A stretch of DNA of 58,125 bases, the filler included, from Sphacelaria rigidula (Eukaryota): NCBI GenBank assembly GCA_964200075.2. It is 7 parts of 7 records of this genome, joined end to end, with 100 filler letters (N's around TTAATTAATTAA, not from the genome) between each part and the next. Parts side by side here need not be neighbours in the genome. Positions count along the whole stretch, not along the records: positions 8,320 to 16,537 come from CAXNAA020011877.1; positions 16,638 to 24,855 come from CAXNAA020011878.1; positions 24,956 to 33,173 come from CAXNAA020011879.1; 4 more parts are not named here. One strand, given 5' to 3'. A model generated the notes under the pieces. It was not told where the DNA came from, made no database searches, and saw nothing but the letters and a program-made list of their open reading frames with translations. Position 1 is the first letter of the stretch; each line of letters starts with the position of its first letter. The translations under genes were made by a program, and so were the position numbers. Shown piece after piece: positions 11,501-25,036 of the stretch.

Positions 11501-13719
11501 AGCGCATGGTACTGACAAAAAACAAGCATCCTGCAATTTTTGCACGGAGTTCATGAAGTATCTTCATTCGTGTGTGCTGCTGCTGCACTCGGCGAGAGCC
11601 GGTCGTGGTCGCGTCCTCTAATTCCGAATAACCCCCCGTTCCACAGAGATGTCGCAAGAAAGGAGGTTGTCGTAGTTTCGGCGGCATGCATGCAGGCACC
11701 ATTTTCGTGTCCTTCGTTTTGCCGTCGGAGGCAAGCAAACGACGATATCAGTATCATGTCCACAATGCAAAATCCACCAGCAAAAGCGACTTTGAGATTT
11801 GGTACGGAGAATGAACAGGATGTTATGAAGGGATTAGTCCGGGGCGCGACCGTCGTGTTCACCGTGTCGTGCTGTTTGTGTAATCGTATTTTTCTGTGCT
11901 CGTATTTTGAACTTCTGATACATCGCCATCACACGTCGTGGAACTTTGCATCGCCCCTCAGAGACGAGCATACCGAATCTTTCAAACAAAATCCATCCCC
12001 AATTTTTGAAATCCCGTGCTCTTTGCAATTTCCCCTTCTGACGGCATTTACAATGAACAAACGTGACGATCTCAACCCGTCTACAGGCGATTTCTCTCCC
12101 GTGAGGCGTAGATGAGGGAGAAATGCAGGAGTGTCCTGATCTGAGCGGAAAGTTGATGAACCAAACGTCGACGTGCAAATAATCGGAGAAGTTATCTGGT
12201 TTTATCACAGCTAGCCAAAAAACATTGCCCGACCGGCTGGGGCACGAAAACTCCACGGGAGAAAACTGCCTGAAATCCTCGTATTTGTATCCGGATTGGG
12301 TGCCATAAAAAAATGGTCGAAGTCTTAAATATCAATTCCAAACGTTAATATGCGTCAGTACCAGGTAAATTGGCCGCAGCCAATGTACTGTTTCTCACCA
12401 GTACCCCTAGCCGCGATCACCAACTCCCCCGGCTGGAGAGGGCGGGCCGCCGGAGGCGTGTGCCACAGGTGTAGTTCGACCCGATTCTTCTCGAATAGTC
12501 ATCAGTATACGCAGAGAAAACTTCCATCTTGGTTCGCTTGATGCCGTTGCGGGTCCGGGGAGTTGAGGCCCCGGGCTCGGGTCTGCAGTGGGCGGGCTGC
12601 TGCTGTTCGTGACATATTGGTCCATCGATGTCGTGGTCTCCCTCTAGCGTTTGTGTGTGCCCTGTTCACAAGATGTGTATGTACTGCCTTCACCGTAGCC
12701 GCTGACGTGAAGGCAAACTGCCAGTACCGGAATACTGTCAGTAGATACTGGTCCAGTCCGGAACCCTACCGATTTTACTTGATTTTATCATTAAGGAAAG
12801 ATTCACACGAAAGTCCATAGCACAACTCGGGAGAATTCAAAAGTCACATCCTGATTTGGTGCACTTGGTGCCCCTACTCGTAATATATCGTTTTTCCCGA
12901 TGAGGAACCGTAACATGTTATATTTCGAAATGAACGCCAAATCAGTCGAAGGCGAGGGCATCGATGACTTCAATGTGGTCTGGGGAATGTCAACTCCGAA
13001 CCCCATCATCCGCTGGGGGTATCATTCGGGGTTTCATATAGACGGAAGTATAGACGCTATCCAAGTACAGCATAGGAAGGACGGGCTCCCGAGTTTGATT
13101 AATGAAACAAATTAAACAAGACTTTTATCGGAAACAAATTAAACAAAACTTTTGATCGGATGGGCACCTTCCCCTTGAGACGATCAACGCGGTATGCGGA
13201 TCATGGCCCAACTCGTCTGTATCGATGAAACATTGCCTTCATATCTCGAGCGTGTCAGTGCCCGCCCAACTTCCAGCTCGCACCATGCCCCACAATTTTT
13301 CAAATTTTGTTTATCGTTTTGAAGAATTTCCCATGCAATGTGTTCCACTCGTGTAGCTCGATTTGGTTGATTATTCGTATCAGACATTTTCATGAACATG
13401 GCGATGATCAACGTCCGGCATATGTGTACTTGCCCCACCCGGACGTGACGCATTGTTCTCATTTTGCTAGGAGGTCTCGCGGACGGAGTGGTATGAGGAC
13501 GTGAAGTCGTGGGTAGGCGCAGCCATGGGAGCCTGTCTAGTCATCACCGGTGCGTTGGCTAGCCAAAGTTACGAGCCTCATCTATGGGGGGTGTTTCTTG
13601 GTGCTGCTATACTACTCTTGTGGGTGTGGTTTGTTTTAGTTGCGAAGAAGCACAAGCGTTTGTGCTTCAAACCAAGGGGAGAGGGGACAATAGCTGGAAA
13701 TGAACAGGCCCATGTCTAG
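8544..13719 (+). CDS. ROCO-family (LRR-Roc-COR) GTPase, 3' part: exons 8544-8684, 8915-9653, 10143-10346, probably 10492-10611, and probable terminal exon 13471-13719
   Basis: GT-AG exons with compatible phases. COR-like motifs: G.LVEYGNYVFLDVQWFAEVL, L...GL.FPL, and F..GLPPGFVERLLARC....FWRFGAL. The last exon encodes two hydrophobic segments and a stop. Linkage of the last two exons rests on phase only. Confidence 0.75.
10476..10598 (+). repeat. 42-bp tandem repeat, three copies, spanning a splice acceptor
   Basis: Unit TGGGCCCCCCATCCAG(A/G)TTCC(C/T)CCGAGCGGCCAGACCCTG.. Confidence 0.9.
11045..11102. repeat. 31-bp tandem duplication
   Basis: AACAATATTGAATGATTTG(T/A)CACTGTT occurs twice. Confidence 0.85.
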
Positions 13720-14469
13720 ACCTCGTGCCATGTTGACGAGGAGTACTCGGGGCATTCGCAATCGAGGGTTTTGCAGCCATCACCTTGCTCAGTGGACGCA
13801 ATTATCGCGTCGTTGTTGTGGAAGTGGAGCGTAGCAGTTTCATGCCTGACTACTTAGTTTGTCTCACAGATGGAGCGGTAAAACAACTATGCAGGAACGA
13901 GTACCCGCACGAGTACACGAGTTCAACGAGGGTGTGGATTTCAACACCACGATGTAGCCGCAGTTGAAAACGCAGGGACCGCGTCAGAGCTCAACATGCC
14001 CATGGTGAAGGTTGGGGTCGGGGTCAGGGGCGTCGTCCCCATAGAGACTGGCCCTTTCGGTTTGGAAAAGCATGTCAGGCCCTAATTCGGCAGTTTGGTG
14101 TGTGCGGGTAGTCATGGTGATGCTACCGTCAAAGAAGCAGCGGTCTACTCTGGAGACGGGCGGAAACGGGTAGCGCGACAAATGACATCGAGTGCGGAGG
14201 AGCAGCGTCGGACAAAACGCACTTCAAATTGGCCATGCGTACGTGGCTAGTTTCGACGTTGAGTTGGAGAAGAGCACCAGTTACCTTGAATCGAAGCACG
14301 GATGGGACAGGCGATTCCACACGGCCCAGAGTGTGCATCAACTCATACGCCCGCGGCATCGACTTGGACTTGGTTTGCAAAAATTCACGAGTTGTGCTAC
14401 CACAAGAGGTGGGGGGGAAGATACTCGTTTGTTGCCCGCCTCATTGCGGGGGAATGTTATGATTTCAAG

Positions 14470-15115
14470 TAGGAGCATTCATGAGCAACGTTTCCGTGAG
14501 AGTGAGAGTAAGGCGCTAATTGAGTGTGGCGTTGATCATTCTTTTTCACACGAGCCAGTTTGCATTCCATGTGTGCTTTTTTTGCCTCCATCACTGGGGG
14601 GTGCTCGAAGCTACACGTCCGACAACCTATTCCGGGATATCAAGAGTCTCGGTGGCGAGCTACCACAGAAGACATATCGGGCCTGGCGGAGAGGTCTTTT
14701 GGAACTGAAACGATCAATTCACCACTTGACCACTTTTTACTCTCAGTCGTATCCTCCACCGAGATTGAAGGGGCGCCAAGAGGAAGGAGTGTCGAAGGGG
14801 GGCATTGATAGCCAAAGTGCGTTTCTTCTTTTTCTTTTCGCTGGCCCCTGACCTCGGGGACCTTGCTACCGTTTGCTGAAATCGACCCATGAGCGTTCGG
14901 GTTACGTTCATCTATCCACTCGTACCGACTGTTCTCCCGTGATGAGCAGCGTTTTCGTGAGAGTGGGAGTAGAGCGCGTTTGAGAGTCACATGAGCAATA
15001 TTTCGTTTTGTGTGTGCTTTTCTTTGCGTGTGCGCACATCTACACGTGCACGTCCTATACCCGGGGATATCAAGGTCCCCCGTGAAATGCTACTACAGAG
15101 TGCACATCGGGCCTT
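14470..15115 (+). repeat. Diverged dispersed repeat with an internal duplication; related to about 24040-24265
   Basis: GAGCA.CGTTT.CGTGAGAGTG.GAGTA occurs twice (about 14482 and 14944). The block CTACACGT...GG.ATATCAAG...GCTAC.ACAGA...GGGCCT is shared with 24128-24200. Confidence 0.6.
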
Positions 15116-16537
15116 GTGTAATCGATCACCCCTGTGAGGGGTGAGCGTCCACGCAACTCAAGTTCGTGAACAGCATTCAGCACCTTGGCTCAGGTAAATA
15201 GCAGTACTTCTCGATAGTGCTTTTATATCATTTTACTTCACCCTGTCACGCTATTACTCAAAATCACACGCTCGATCTCTCTTACTCAGTACCACACACA
15301 GACTCACCACACACACTTATGTTGACTCCCAGAACGAGGTCGTCATTCGGCACCTGAACTACGATGGATTGATCGACGCAGACGATGGACAACGCGGTTG
15401 CTTGTCATCGGACATGATCCTTCTGATTGATCAGCTACTCCTCCGCAACTGAAACATGATCCATACTACTTGTACGGCACTGTATCCTACATCGTTGTTC
15501 ATGGCAGAGCGTGAGCGTAGTCGATTAGCCACCCTATTCACGACTCAGCCAGGACTTGAAAAGCCATACCGTTGAAAACCGGAATGGAAACAAAAAAACC
15601 CGACACCAAAACGAAAATATATCGAGCTTTACTACAACTCCTTGAATATGGAGTACACAAGTTATACGTTACGCATAAAGTAGAAGCAATAATGTTCCCC
15701 TGAACCTTCACTCATCTTTAGTCCTGATTCAAAATCCATGGATGAACATAATGGAAACTGAGATTTCCCAGCAAATGTCACCTTCAATATTCCCTCCCCC
15801 CCAAAACCTTCACTTATCTCGAGTCAGTCCAAACATACATAACATGAAATCTAAATCAACCCTTATGGAACCCACTAATGGATTTTGTTCCCGTGAAACG
15901 GCATCATTTTCGTTCATTTTCAAGTCAATTCGATGCCGATTCACGAAAACAAAAACCGTCAGTGAGTCCCCGAAGGGACAATCCAGGGAATAGTACCTCG
16001 AATACCCTATGCCCCCCAGACTCCATGTCACTTAACTGGAGTCATGCCGAAAATCCTAAGATATAAAAAATAGAACTGATCATACCCCGAGAAAGGACCG
16101 CCAATATTTTATCCCCCCCCCCAAAACCCATAACTCACTCCCCGTCGCGGGAATATATTCCATGCAGAGAGTATTCATCTCATCAAATACCCTCGCCCCC
16201 CTTGCTCTCGGGGCCATACGGCTTCTTTCAAAACATATGCACTCTTTTCACAAATTAAATGGCGACAAATCAATCAATCAAGCGACGTCGGCATTTCGGT
16301 ATTATTAGAAACCGAGGTTAATCCCATCGAACTCGAACGGAACTACAAGTGAACATACAAAACAATTCAAAAGGATCTTGCCGAGGTTTACACCTAAAAT
16401 AAAAGTCTCGAGCCTGAATGTTCAAACATTCTAGACCTACGTCAGTTTTTTCACGCCAAATGATCCTCAACAAATCTCAAAATGCCCAATGAAGCATGCC
16501 TATCATCAACTACTAACAGCCGATTTTATATTTTGGG

Positions 16538-16637
16538 NNNNNNNNNNNNNNNNNNNNNNNNNNNNNNNNNNNNNNNNNNNNTTAATTAATTAANNNNNNN
16601 NNNNNNNNNNNNNNNNNNNNNNNNNNNNNNNNNNNNN
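16538..16637. other. Artificial contig linker
   Basis: Same N44-TTAATTAATTAA-N44 structure. Confidence 0.98.
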
Positions 16638-16948
16638 ATGTAGCTCGTCTGCGTTTTTTTGCAGACTCACAGCTTAATGTTACGGCAGATGTGAAGGATG
16701 TATTTCAGCACACCTTTAACCAGGGGCAATTTCAGATGGCTGGGATTATTCACGTGGCAGAGGCAGAGGATCGTTCGTTGATCGTATTGGTCGACTGGGT
16801 AGGTTTTGAAGTCGAGGAGCATACGTGGGAGCCTTTTCAAAATATTTTTGAGGCAGCTCCGGAATTTCTCAAGAAGGAGTTGCGTAAGGTGCGAGTGACT
16901 CGTTCCATTGCTGCTCGTATTACGCGTGAGTTTGGGATTCGGTTGTGA
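16638..16948 (+). mobile_element. Ty3/Gypsy chromovirus pol C-terminus (end of integrase plus chromodomain), truncated by the contig start
   Basis: Reads (H)VARLRFFADSQLNVT...VLVDWVGFEVEEHTWEPFQNIFEAAPEFL, the chromodomain V.W.GF....TWEP motif. A G-rich tract and an LTR follow. Confidence 0.88.
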
Positions 16949-17027
16949 CTTGCTCAATCGTTTTGGCGTTAGTTTTCTGAGTGCCAAGCTTGTTGCTCGA
17001 TTCTCGTCCAACGCGCTTTGGGGGTGT

Positions 17028-17305
17028 TGTGGCGAAATCACGCCGTCACGGTTGAGTATATAGTGAATCCTGGATGATGACCAGGGGACAAGGGCACCCT
17101 GTGGATGATGGCCCTTGCTGTGTAGCCCAGGCCTGATGATAGAGGGCTGCAGGTGTTCACTCCAATAATGATAAGGTGTTGTGAAGGCTGACAACCAAGA
17201 CCTTGAGGCCAGTGGAGCTGGGGAGTTCCTCAACAGCATTAGACGCTGGAGTACTAGCAACCTGCTCGCGTCACAAATGCCATCCGTCACACACTGCTTG
17301 CCACA
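17028..17305 (+). mobile_element. 3' LTR (about 278 bp) of the chromovirus
   Basis: Begins TGTGGC just after the G-rich tract TTTGGGGG and ends GCCACA (TG...CA with a 6-bp inverted repeat). Confidence 0.8.
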
Positions 17306-17890
17306 AGAAAAAAAAAGACGCAGCCCAAAACGAAGGTTGTCAAACATTGCATAGTTTGCATCTCATTCCGATACTATTAATAGTATATGCAGACAGTTAC
17401 TAAATACATGACCGCGGTCGCCAGCAAATGTAACACACATACTCGTGCTAAAATCGCTCTCGACGCCTTGGCTTCTGCACTGGAGCTTTGATATGAAGCA
17501 GCCGCCAGCTTTGTCTTTTTTTTGTCAACTCTCCCTCTGTAGTTCGACACTTCAAAGGATACTCGCCGTTAAAAGGCGAAATTGCCCTCTGTGCACAGCC
17601 GCACAGACCAAAGCAGCGCCTGGGGGCACGCAACCAAAGTGCATGTCGTCACAACTTGCTTGCGGCAGGAAAAAAGCTTCTCACACACCCAAGCTACGTC
17701 GCCTCGTTTGGTTTTCGCGTTCGAGCGTGAGGTTGACTCGCAAATAACCCAAATGTACTACAATAAGGTGCTTTCCGCTCTGGGGGGGGATTTTCGGGCC
17801 GCTGGCGCGACGCCAGCAAAATATCAAACTAGGTCCCCTAACTCTTGTGTATGCGGGGGGCTGTCAAGTGCCGTGGACTGTCCGCACGAG

Positions 17891-17891
<1 letters not shown>

Positions 17892-17930
<39 letters not shown>
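17892..17930. repeat. (AGC)13 microsatellite
   Basis: Directly visible. Confidence 0.95.
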
Positions 17931-17933
<3 letters not shown>

Positions 17934-20900
17934 TGTATTGCCAGTAAATGTACGTGGCTGGAGGTGGGTCTGAATCAATCAGCACCGATGCTGCTGCTCT
18001 TGATCGTAGACGGTCCGCGTTTCGACCGCGCGACAACACCCACGCACCTTGCGAGTGATAGCCACCGTGCTGGACAGCGCTGGGCACGTATTACCCGCCG
18101 ATGGGTCTATGCTTGCTTCCTCGGCGAAATTCTGGGAGATATAGCTGTGCGCATCTCTCTGTTGGAGCTGTGCGCGTGGAGTGTGTCTCCCACGCGTGGC
18201 TAGTGCAACAAGAGAACGAAAGCCAAGTTTTTAAATTTGAGAGCGCCACTTGTACAAACCCGCCCGCGCATAGACGAGAACTGCTGTGTTGTCTTGTGTT
18301 GAGTGCAGTACTCTGTACTCCATACACCACTGCCAAGTTGTCTTGTGTTGAGTGTAGTAGCCTGTACTCCATATAATGGGGTCATGGTTTGAGGAATTGT
18401 TTTGAAATTTTCTGCTCGTTTTTTTTTTAGTTTTCCTCGTTATTTCAAAACTTCTCCTCGTTTTATAAAAAGTATTCCGGAAGAAACGAGAGTGTTTTCT
18501 GTCACAAAAATCTAATGCCGAATCTGGAATAGCCTGAGACAACAGCCAATTTGAAAATTGGAACGAGAATGGTTGAGGGTGAGTTTGGACGTCGAGTCAA
18601 GGGATGGCCGTGCACGCAGCTGGACGAAGAGTGAGGGGATGGGCGGGAAAATTACCCACGCCGACGCTCGACTTCCAGTGCCCTACGTATTTGTGATTGC
18701 TGACTGTTGCACACCTCAGCTGGGGTAGGGTGATCTCTCTCTTCTTGTTGCGGTCGAGCAGCAATGTATATAGGGAAATTTTTGTTGTGGCCGCGGAAGA
18801 TCGGCGTATTCTTCGTTGAGGGCATAGATCTGGAAAGCAACTGCAAAGGTGTACAACTGGAGACTTTTCAAGACGAACGCACGAAGCAGATGTCTACACT
18901 GTTATCGAGGCCGCTCCATGACAATCGAGGTGTTAGTAGGCAACCAGCTAGTTGATGGCCAGTGACCTGTTATTGTCCAACATCACCATCACTGTGAGAT
19001 GCGTTCAAGCAGACAGAGTAGAAGCGTTGCCACCCCGCGATTGGTGAGCTTGCTACAAATTGGACTGGCTGTGAAGGGCAGACAGGTGTGCCATATCATG
19101 TGGCCGCAGCTAAACTGAATGTCTTGGCCCAACGTGAGACCACTTGTGAACGTTAATAGGCAAATCGACGAGCGAAGCGTTCTTGCACCTGATGTCCATC
19201 ATTACAGCCGAAACTTGCTTGAGGGGAATTTCTGTATCCGCAACATGATTGCGGCGTCATCTAGACGATTTTCGCTTCGAATTTTTGTATTCCGAGCTGT
19301 GGTCCGATTTATTCTTCAAGTATGGCACACGGCTGCCTGCGTAGAGTGACAGTCTGACAAGAACCACCTTGGTATTGGGTTCCGCTTCGTGTGCATATGT
19401 TGCACATTCGCCCCACAAAGGAAGTGACGCGTGCGAGTGTGCATGATATCTTGGGCCGTCCAGCGAGTACTTTACGTGATTATATTGCATGTTCCTTACT
19501 AGTCCGGATCTTCGCGGGGTTTCAGGAGCATGATGCCGCAGTTGCACTTGTCCATGTCCTTTCGAGCGACACCCCATCCCCGGGACTCGCCGCCAGGTGG
19601 GAGGGTGTCGGACGCGCAATCGCAAGAGGGCTGGCATCATTGGCATACTGTCATACGGGGGGTATTCCGTCGGCGTCGATATTATACTAAGCTACTGTGA
19701 CGGTAAAGCAGCGTGGGGGGGGGGGTGGCGGGTTGAGTCCCGTGAAAACCCGCCATGTGGGGAGAAAGTTGTGACGAGCCGATCCCCCCCCAACCCCTTG
19801 ATTCCGAGACCCGCCTTATTAGGCACCGGCTCAACACGGGCCCCTCTACTATACCCAGTGCTTCCGGTCGTCAACGCCAGAGGAACGCTACCTAAAATGC
19901 GCACAGCGTGCCACCTTGGTACGCTTGCCTGCATGCAACGAGTGAATTTTAAAATCTGCCCTTCGTGCTACAGTAAGTATACACCGAACATGGAAAATAA
20001 ACCTTTTCACCGTCCGTTCCCCGAGAGGCAAAGGACGCCAGGACGCTCGACCGAAAAGCGGTAAATCAAGAATGTTACTCGCTCCATCGCTGTGGCGGAG
20101 GGCGAGTCACTGAACTCGCATTGACAACATACAAAAGTACACACGATGTTTCCCATGGTGATGTTGGGCGAACGAACAAAAATGCTGGAAGAAGCGACTT
20201 CACCAGGTACGTTCAAAAGCCCCTCCCCTTCTCCATATACTTCAAATAGAATCAACAAGGGAAGTGAAAACAACACAGGGGCACCCACATTTCAGCGATA
20301 GAACAATGAACCATGGACAAGCAGACTGGGATACCAGACAACCTTCAACCCTTCGACTGCCCGGTGATTTTCATATGTGACATCGACTTTCACGAGAAAA
20401 ATGACCAGGACCTAGGTGATCCACCCGGTCGACGGGAGGGTTTTAATGGCTCTTCAACAGAAATATATTGATTGATTTCATCTTTCGTCGCACTTCGATG
20501 ATCCCCCAGGAAGGACCCCAGTCATGGTCATCATCCATATGAAAAACATACCCGATACAAACGAATAATACTGAAAACACTCGCTGAGGAAAAGCGAAGA
20601 AGAAAAGAAGAAAAGAGGTACAACAGACAAAACAGAGTCGACTGAGAGAAGAAAATATATACTGCTCCTTCAAAATATCCCGGGGTCGCCTCAGGGGTGT
20701 GGGGCTGGGCACAGCTGGAAGGAAAGGAAGAAAAGACCCGCCGAGAACAGGATCACGAGGACTAGACACACAAGAGCACAAGACGGGGGTGCCAATATAA
20801 GGTGCACGCCGAAACTGGGCTTCTCCTGTACACGCGCCTAATATTCTGGGGAATGTACGCCTGAACCGAAGTCAACGAATAACGGATAAAGCATATCGCA

Positions 20901-22147
20901 ACACACAAAAAACGCGCACAGAACACGATGTAAGCCTAAAATACGCTAAACCGCGCATGATCAAAGAGCAGCGAGAGGCCCGCCGGCTTGATTTTCACTG
21001 ATCCTTTGCCCCCTTTCTTGCTACCTCCATATTTATGTAACGTACATGATCCAGTGTAGCACCCACAGGTGCTCACTTTTTCGGGGCCCGAACATTCGTC
21101 ACTCGTTTGTGCCACTTATGGGGTTCTGTACAGCCCAATCTACTCATACAGTCGTTCATATACCGATTTGATGCCCAGAAATTGTCACGCACCTATCACC
21201 CGGGGGTGTCACTTAGCGTACGAGCGTTACAGAGCCACGTAAGCAGCAGTGGGTGTCCCGTCACAGTGCGCCGAAGAGCACTCGACACATATTCAATTTG
21301 ATACACCAATATCAAGCAAATGCAGTGTTGCGTCCTCACATAGTGCGGTCATGCCCGACTGGTGATCTACTGGCATATAGCAAGACATCCATGAGGGAAT
21401 GTGTACGCCGTGGCTGTCTGTGTCAGTGCGATACCAGAATATGGAGCGACTCATCGGAGGCTGTCATCCAAATGCAAGATAACCAGTAGGCTTCGGGCCG
21501 AACAATCATAGCAGGATGCAGCTCACCCTTCATGCGACTCGTCGTACACACCACGGCGCTTCGCGCTTGGTGATTGATTGCGAGCCTGGTCCGGCGAAAA
21601 CCCGGCGTGCTTCGCCTCGGCTTTGTATGCATGCGAGGTCAATGGTCGTATGACTTACTAGACGCAAGATCATGAGTACACCCACCATGCCGGGACCCCC
21701 CATTTTACCTACAAACCTTGATTCATACATACACAATAATCTAAAATAATCAAGACACTCGAGAAAAAACGTTGAATTTTGGCAAAACGATAACTTTAAC
21801 TCAAATAAATATCATTGGACTCGAATACAGCATATGAAAAGGAAGAGCTAACATATTGTGTCGTTCTTTTTCTAGCATATCTAGCATATGATACCCCACT
21901 CACAAAACGAAAGAAAACGATGGGGAAAATAGACCGTAGGATTCTTCATATGTACGAGTCGGAACAGAGCACAAAGAAGTCAAACACCATCCACCCCCTC
22001 TTCCTACATACATTTCATTTTCACAGTCAGTTTCGCGTTAATTCAACTATCGTTCGTTTTCGGGCTTTTCACTCTCTTTCTTCCTGTCCTGTACTCCATC
22101 TCGAGACAAGCAAGCGCCGTTCTCCTTTCCATCTTTTCAAGACACAC

Positions 22148-22271
22148 CCCACGGCTTGAATCCTGACTGCGACTCCGGGATCTGCCTGGCAATGTCCGGG
22201 AAGTGTCGGAGCAGAACGTCGCGGATTCCCTCCGTGTTCTTCACGCGCTCGTAGCCCTCGTTCGAGTACAC
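22148..22271 (-). CDS. Isolated probable exon, possibly from an FAD-dependent monooxygenase (kynurenine 3-monooxygenase-like)
   Basis: Strong polypyrimidine tract plus AG, and coding-like codon use. Encodes VYSNEGYERVKNTEGIRDVLLRHFPDIARQIPE. The family guess rests only on the '..HFPD....IP' pattern. Confidence 0.35.
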
Positions 22272-23699
22272 CTTAAAAACGGGAGAACGTAAAAAGAAAA
22301 AGGGGGAGGACAAAGCAAGGCAAGACAAGACAGCGCAACAGCGAAACATAATAAGATCACACACGAGAGCACAACAGCAACAGAGTGAACCCCCCACACA
22401 CACGAAAAAAAAGAAAGCGAGAAAAAACAGAAAAAAGGGAAAAAGACAAGATGTTTTCGGCATTGTTCCCCTGCAAGGAACGGGGTTTCAGCGAACGGGG
22501 ATAAACGAAGACATCTTGATTATTCAATGCATCATCTATCAAGGCATTCACCGTAACAATCTCGGCAAAATTTCACGCCCCCATGTTCCGTCCTTCACTT
22601 GCAAGGTTTTTGAGACCTCTCCACGTCAGGTGAAAAGATTTCGTACCTTCACCCCTTGGACGCGAGATGGCACATGTCAATATCAGACCAAACACTGGAA
22701 ACATATATATATATATATATATATATTGCATTAATTGCAGCAAAAGCATCATGAGTCGGGGGATGAGGACCAAGGAATACACGGTATGCTCTCACTAGGG
22801 ATAATTGTCGCGAATAGAGAGGAGATGTTCTGCGGCTGCGTCGGGTATACCGGCATCACAGCTCAGCCGGGGATATTGTTTCGAAAGACGACTTCGCCCA
22901 CACAGTCAATATCGAGTCACAAACGTTAGCAGCATATTCGTTTATTTGCAAATATTTTTCATTGCACCAGCTCTTTTTTCGGACCCGCGGTCGAATAACA
23001 GCGTCGACACACGTGTATAGACTTACTGCAACGTTACTATTACTCGTGGTCGAAGGATTAAAGCTCGAGTAACAAAATGCCGGATACACATTTTGGGTCC
23101 GTTTTGCTATTACCAACCAGCCTGCTGGATTCCTGAGCTCACGTATCGCCTGCGTACATGAACCGCCCTTGCTTGAAGGCGGGCCGGGTATTTTACGCAC
23201 CTCAGGAGTGAAGTCGCTAGTGAAGAACCGGTCCGCTTCGAGACGGCGGCTGGCCATAACGATGAATATGTGGAACGAAGTCTCACTGCAAAAGCGCGCA
23301 CGGCAAAACGGGCAGAACACAAAACGCTCATCAAGACAGGTTCAAAATACATTCGAAATCATTTTCAAGACAGTACGAGTGTAAAACCGTGGAGCCGGGT
23401 AGACGGTACTTGGATGGAAACGAAGGGGACCCCGCGAACATCGGCACCAAAGGCGACGACCGTTTATTGGTTTCAAGGCGACCCCGTAGATTTTTTTTCC
23501 CCTTTATCTGACAGTGTACAGATTGCGCTTGCATTCTTTCGAAAACAAACCGCAGATTTTCCACATGCGAAAGGTGAGCTCTCGCACATCACCATCGTTG
23601 AAGCGGGCCAGGACTACTTGTATACGCATATTGGTTCATTTGATTGCTTGATTGTCGCACGTTGGTTGATCCCCCAGATATCCCAGCCGTGGTCACATT

Positions 23700-23950
23700 G
23701 TACATGGAAAATGGACACTTTCTACGATATCCCCGCCCCCGCTCCCCCGAACCAGCGCAAACGTGTCACTAAAACAATTGCCATACAGCGCCTGACGTTT
23801 GGGATCAGGCTGCGTGAAGCGCCTCATGTTGGCGACATTGGCGAGAACGAACTCAAGAGTGTGAATTACCAGCCGCTCGTTGTGCTCGGCTTTTTACATT
23901 TTTGATTTACGTCAAGACTTTGCCTCCCCAAACCATGCCCTCTTTTGAGG
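23700..23950 (+). repeat. Dispersed repeat; inverted copy at about 40020-40300
   Basis: Both copies translate to similar strings (IQRLTFGIRLREAPHVGDIGENELK vs IQRLMFGFRLHEAPHLDNIGENEPK), reflecting DNA-level similarity. Confidence 0.75.
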
Positions 23951-24855
23951 GGGAGCTATCGTGTCAAGACTAATGTGACGCCCGGTCGCATAGAAGCCCT
24001 TGACAAGGTTTTCGTGAAATTGAGAGTGGGGTGCGGATTGAGAGTGGCTTTGATAATTCGCTTTAACTTGGCCATTCTTTCATTCCGTGTGCGCTTCTCG
24101 TCGTCTCGTCACTGCCATGTGCTTACAGCTACACGTTGATATCCTACTCAGGGGTATCGAGGGCCTAAGTGGCAAGCTACTACAGAGAGAAAATTGGGCC
24201 TGGTGGAGGTGCATTTCGGAACTAAAACGGCTTATTCATTAATTGATCGCTTTTTATTCTCAATCGTACCTTCAACTCTCAATTTCACGAAAACGTTGTT
24301 CCTTGTGGAACAATCGGAAGAAGCAGCAATCTTCCGAAAAGGAACGTCCACCGGTTGTTTACGGGTATTTCATAAAACAACCACTACTGAAAGCAAAAAG
24401 ATGTGCACGTAATTCATTAAATATGAAGTTTCCTCTGGAACAAGTTTGAGATTTGCGCGCACAGACCGCAGGTCAACCTGATCTCTGAAAAATTATGTTC
24501 CTTATCCATCAGAACTAAACTGTACGTTACCCGAAATAAACCTGATAATGTCGGCCCAGCACACCACCAACAAGGATACGACAAAAGGATGGAATGTTTC
24601 CACGACCCAAGATTATTTTCCAAAAATACCAATTTTTACCTCGTAGTCTACCATGTCGTTCTGTCCGACTTATTTTCTGTTCCTTCTTCTTCAGTTTTGT
24701 CTTGGGCACGTCTATCGTGTGACCACGACTGGATCATGACCTCTGGGGGTACTTATCATCATGCATGCCATAGTCATACGACCATTGACTCCGCATCCCT
24801 ACAAAGCCGGGACGGAGAACGCCGGATTTCCGTCGGACCAGGCTCGCACCCAATC

Positions 24856-24955
24856 NNNNNNNNNNNNNNNNNNNNNNNNNNNNNNNNNNNNNNNNNNNNT
24901 TAATTAATTAANNNNNNNNNNNNNNNNNNNNNNNNNNNNNNNNNNNNNNNNNNNN
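24856..24955. other. Artificial contig linker
   Basis: Same N44-TTAATTAATTAA-N44 structure. Confidence 0.98.
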
Positions 24956-25036
24956 CATCTCGAAGTTAAACTTCAATTCGCACAATTTGTTGTTCTACCC
25001 TTCTCACCCCCCCCACCGCTCACTCCGCAACTGCCC

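Noticed and set aside
17582-18203. PolyQ, polyS and polyC ORFs
   Set aside because: They result from the (AGC)13 microsatellite in otherwise non-coding-looking sequence.
23270-23905. 211-aa ORF with an apparent paralogue at 40004-40297
   Set aside because: The similarity is confined to a dispersed DNA repeat, the frames diverge outside it, and no domain is recognisable.
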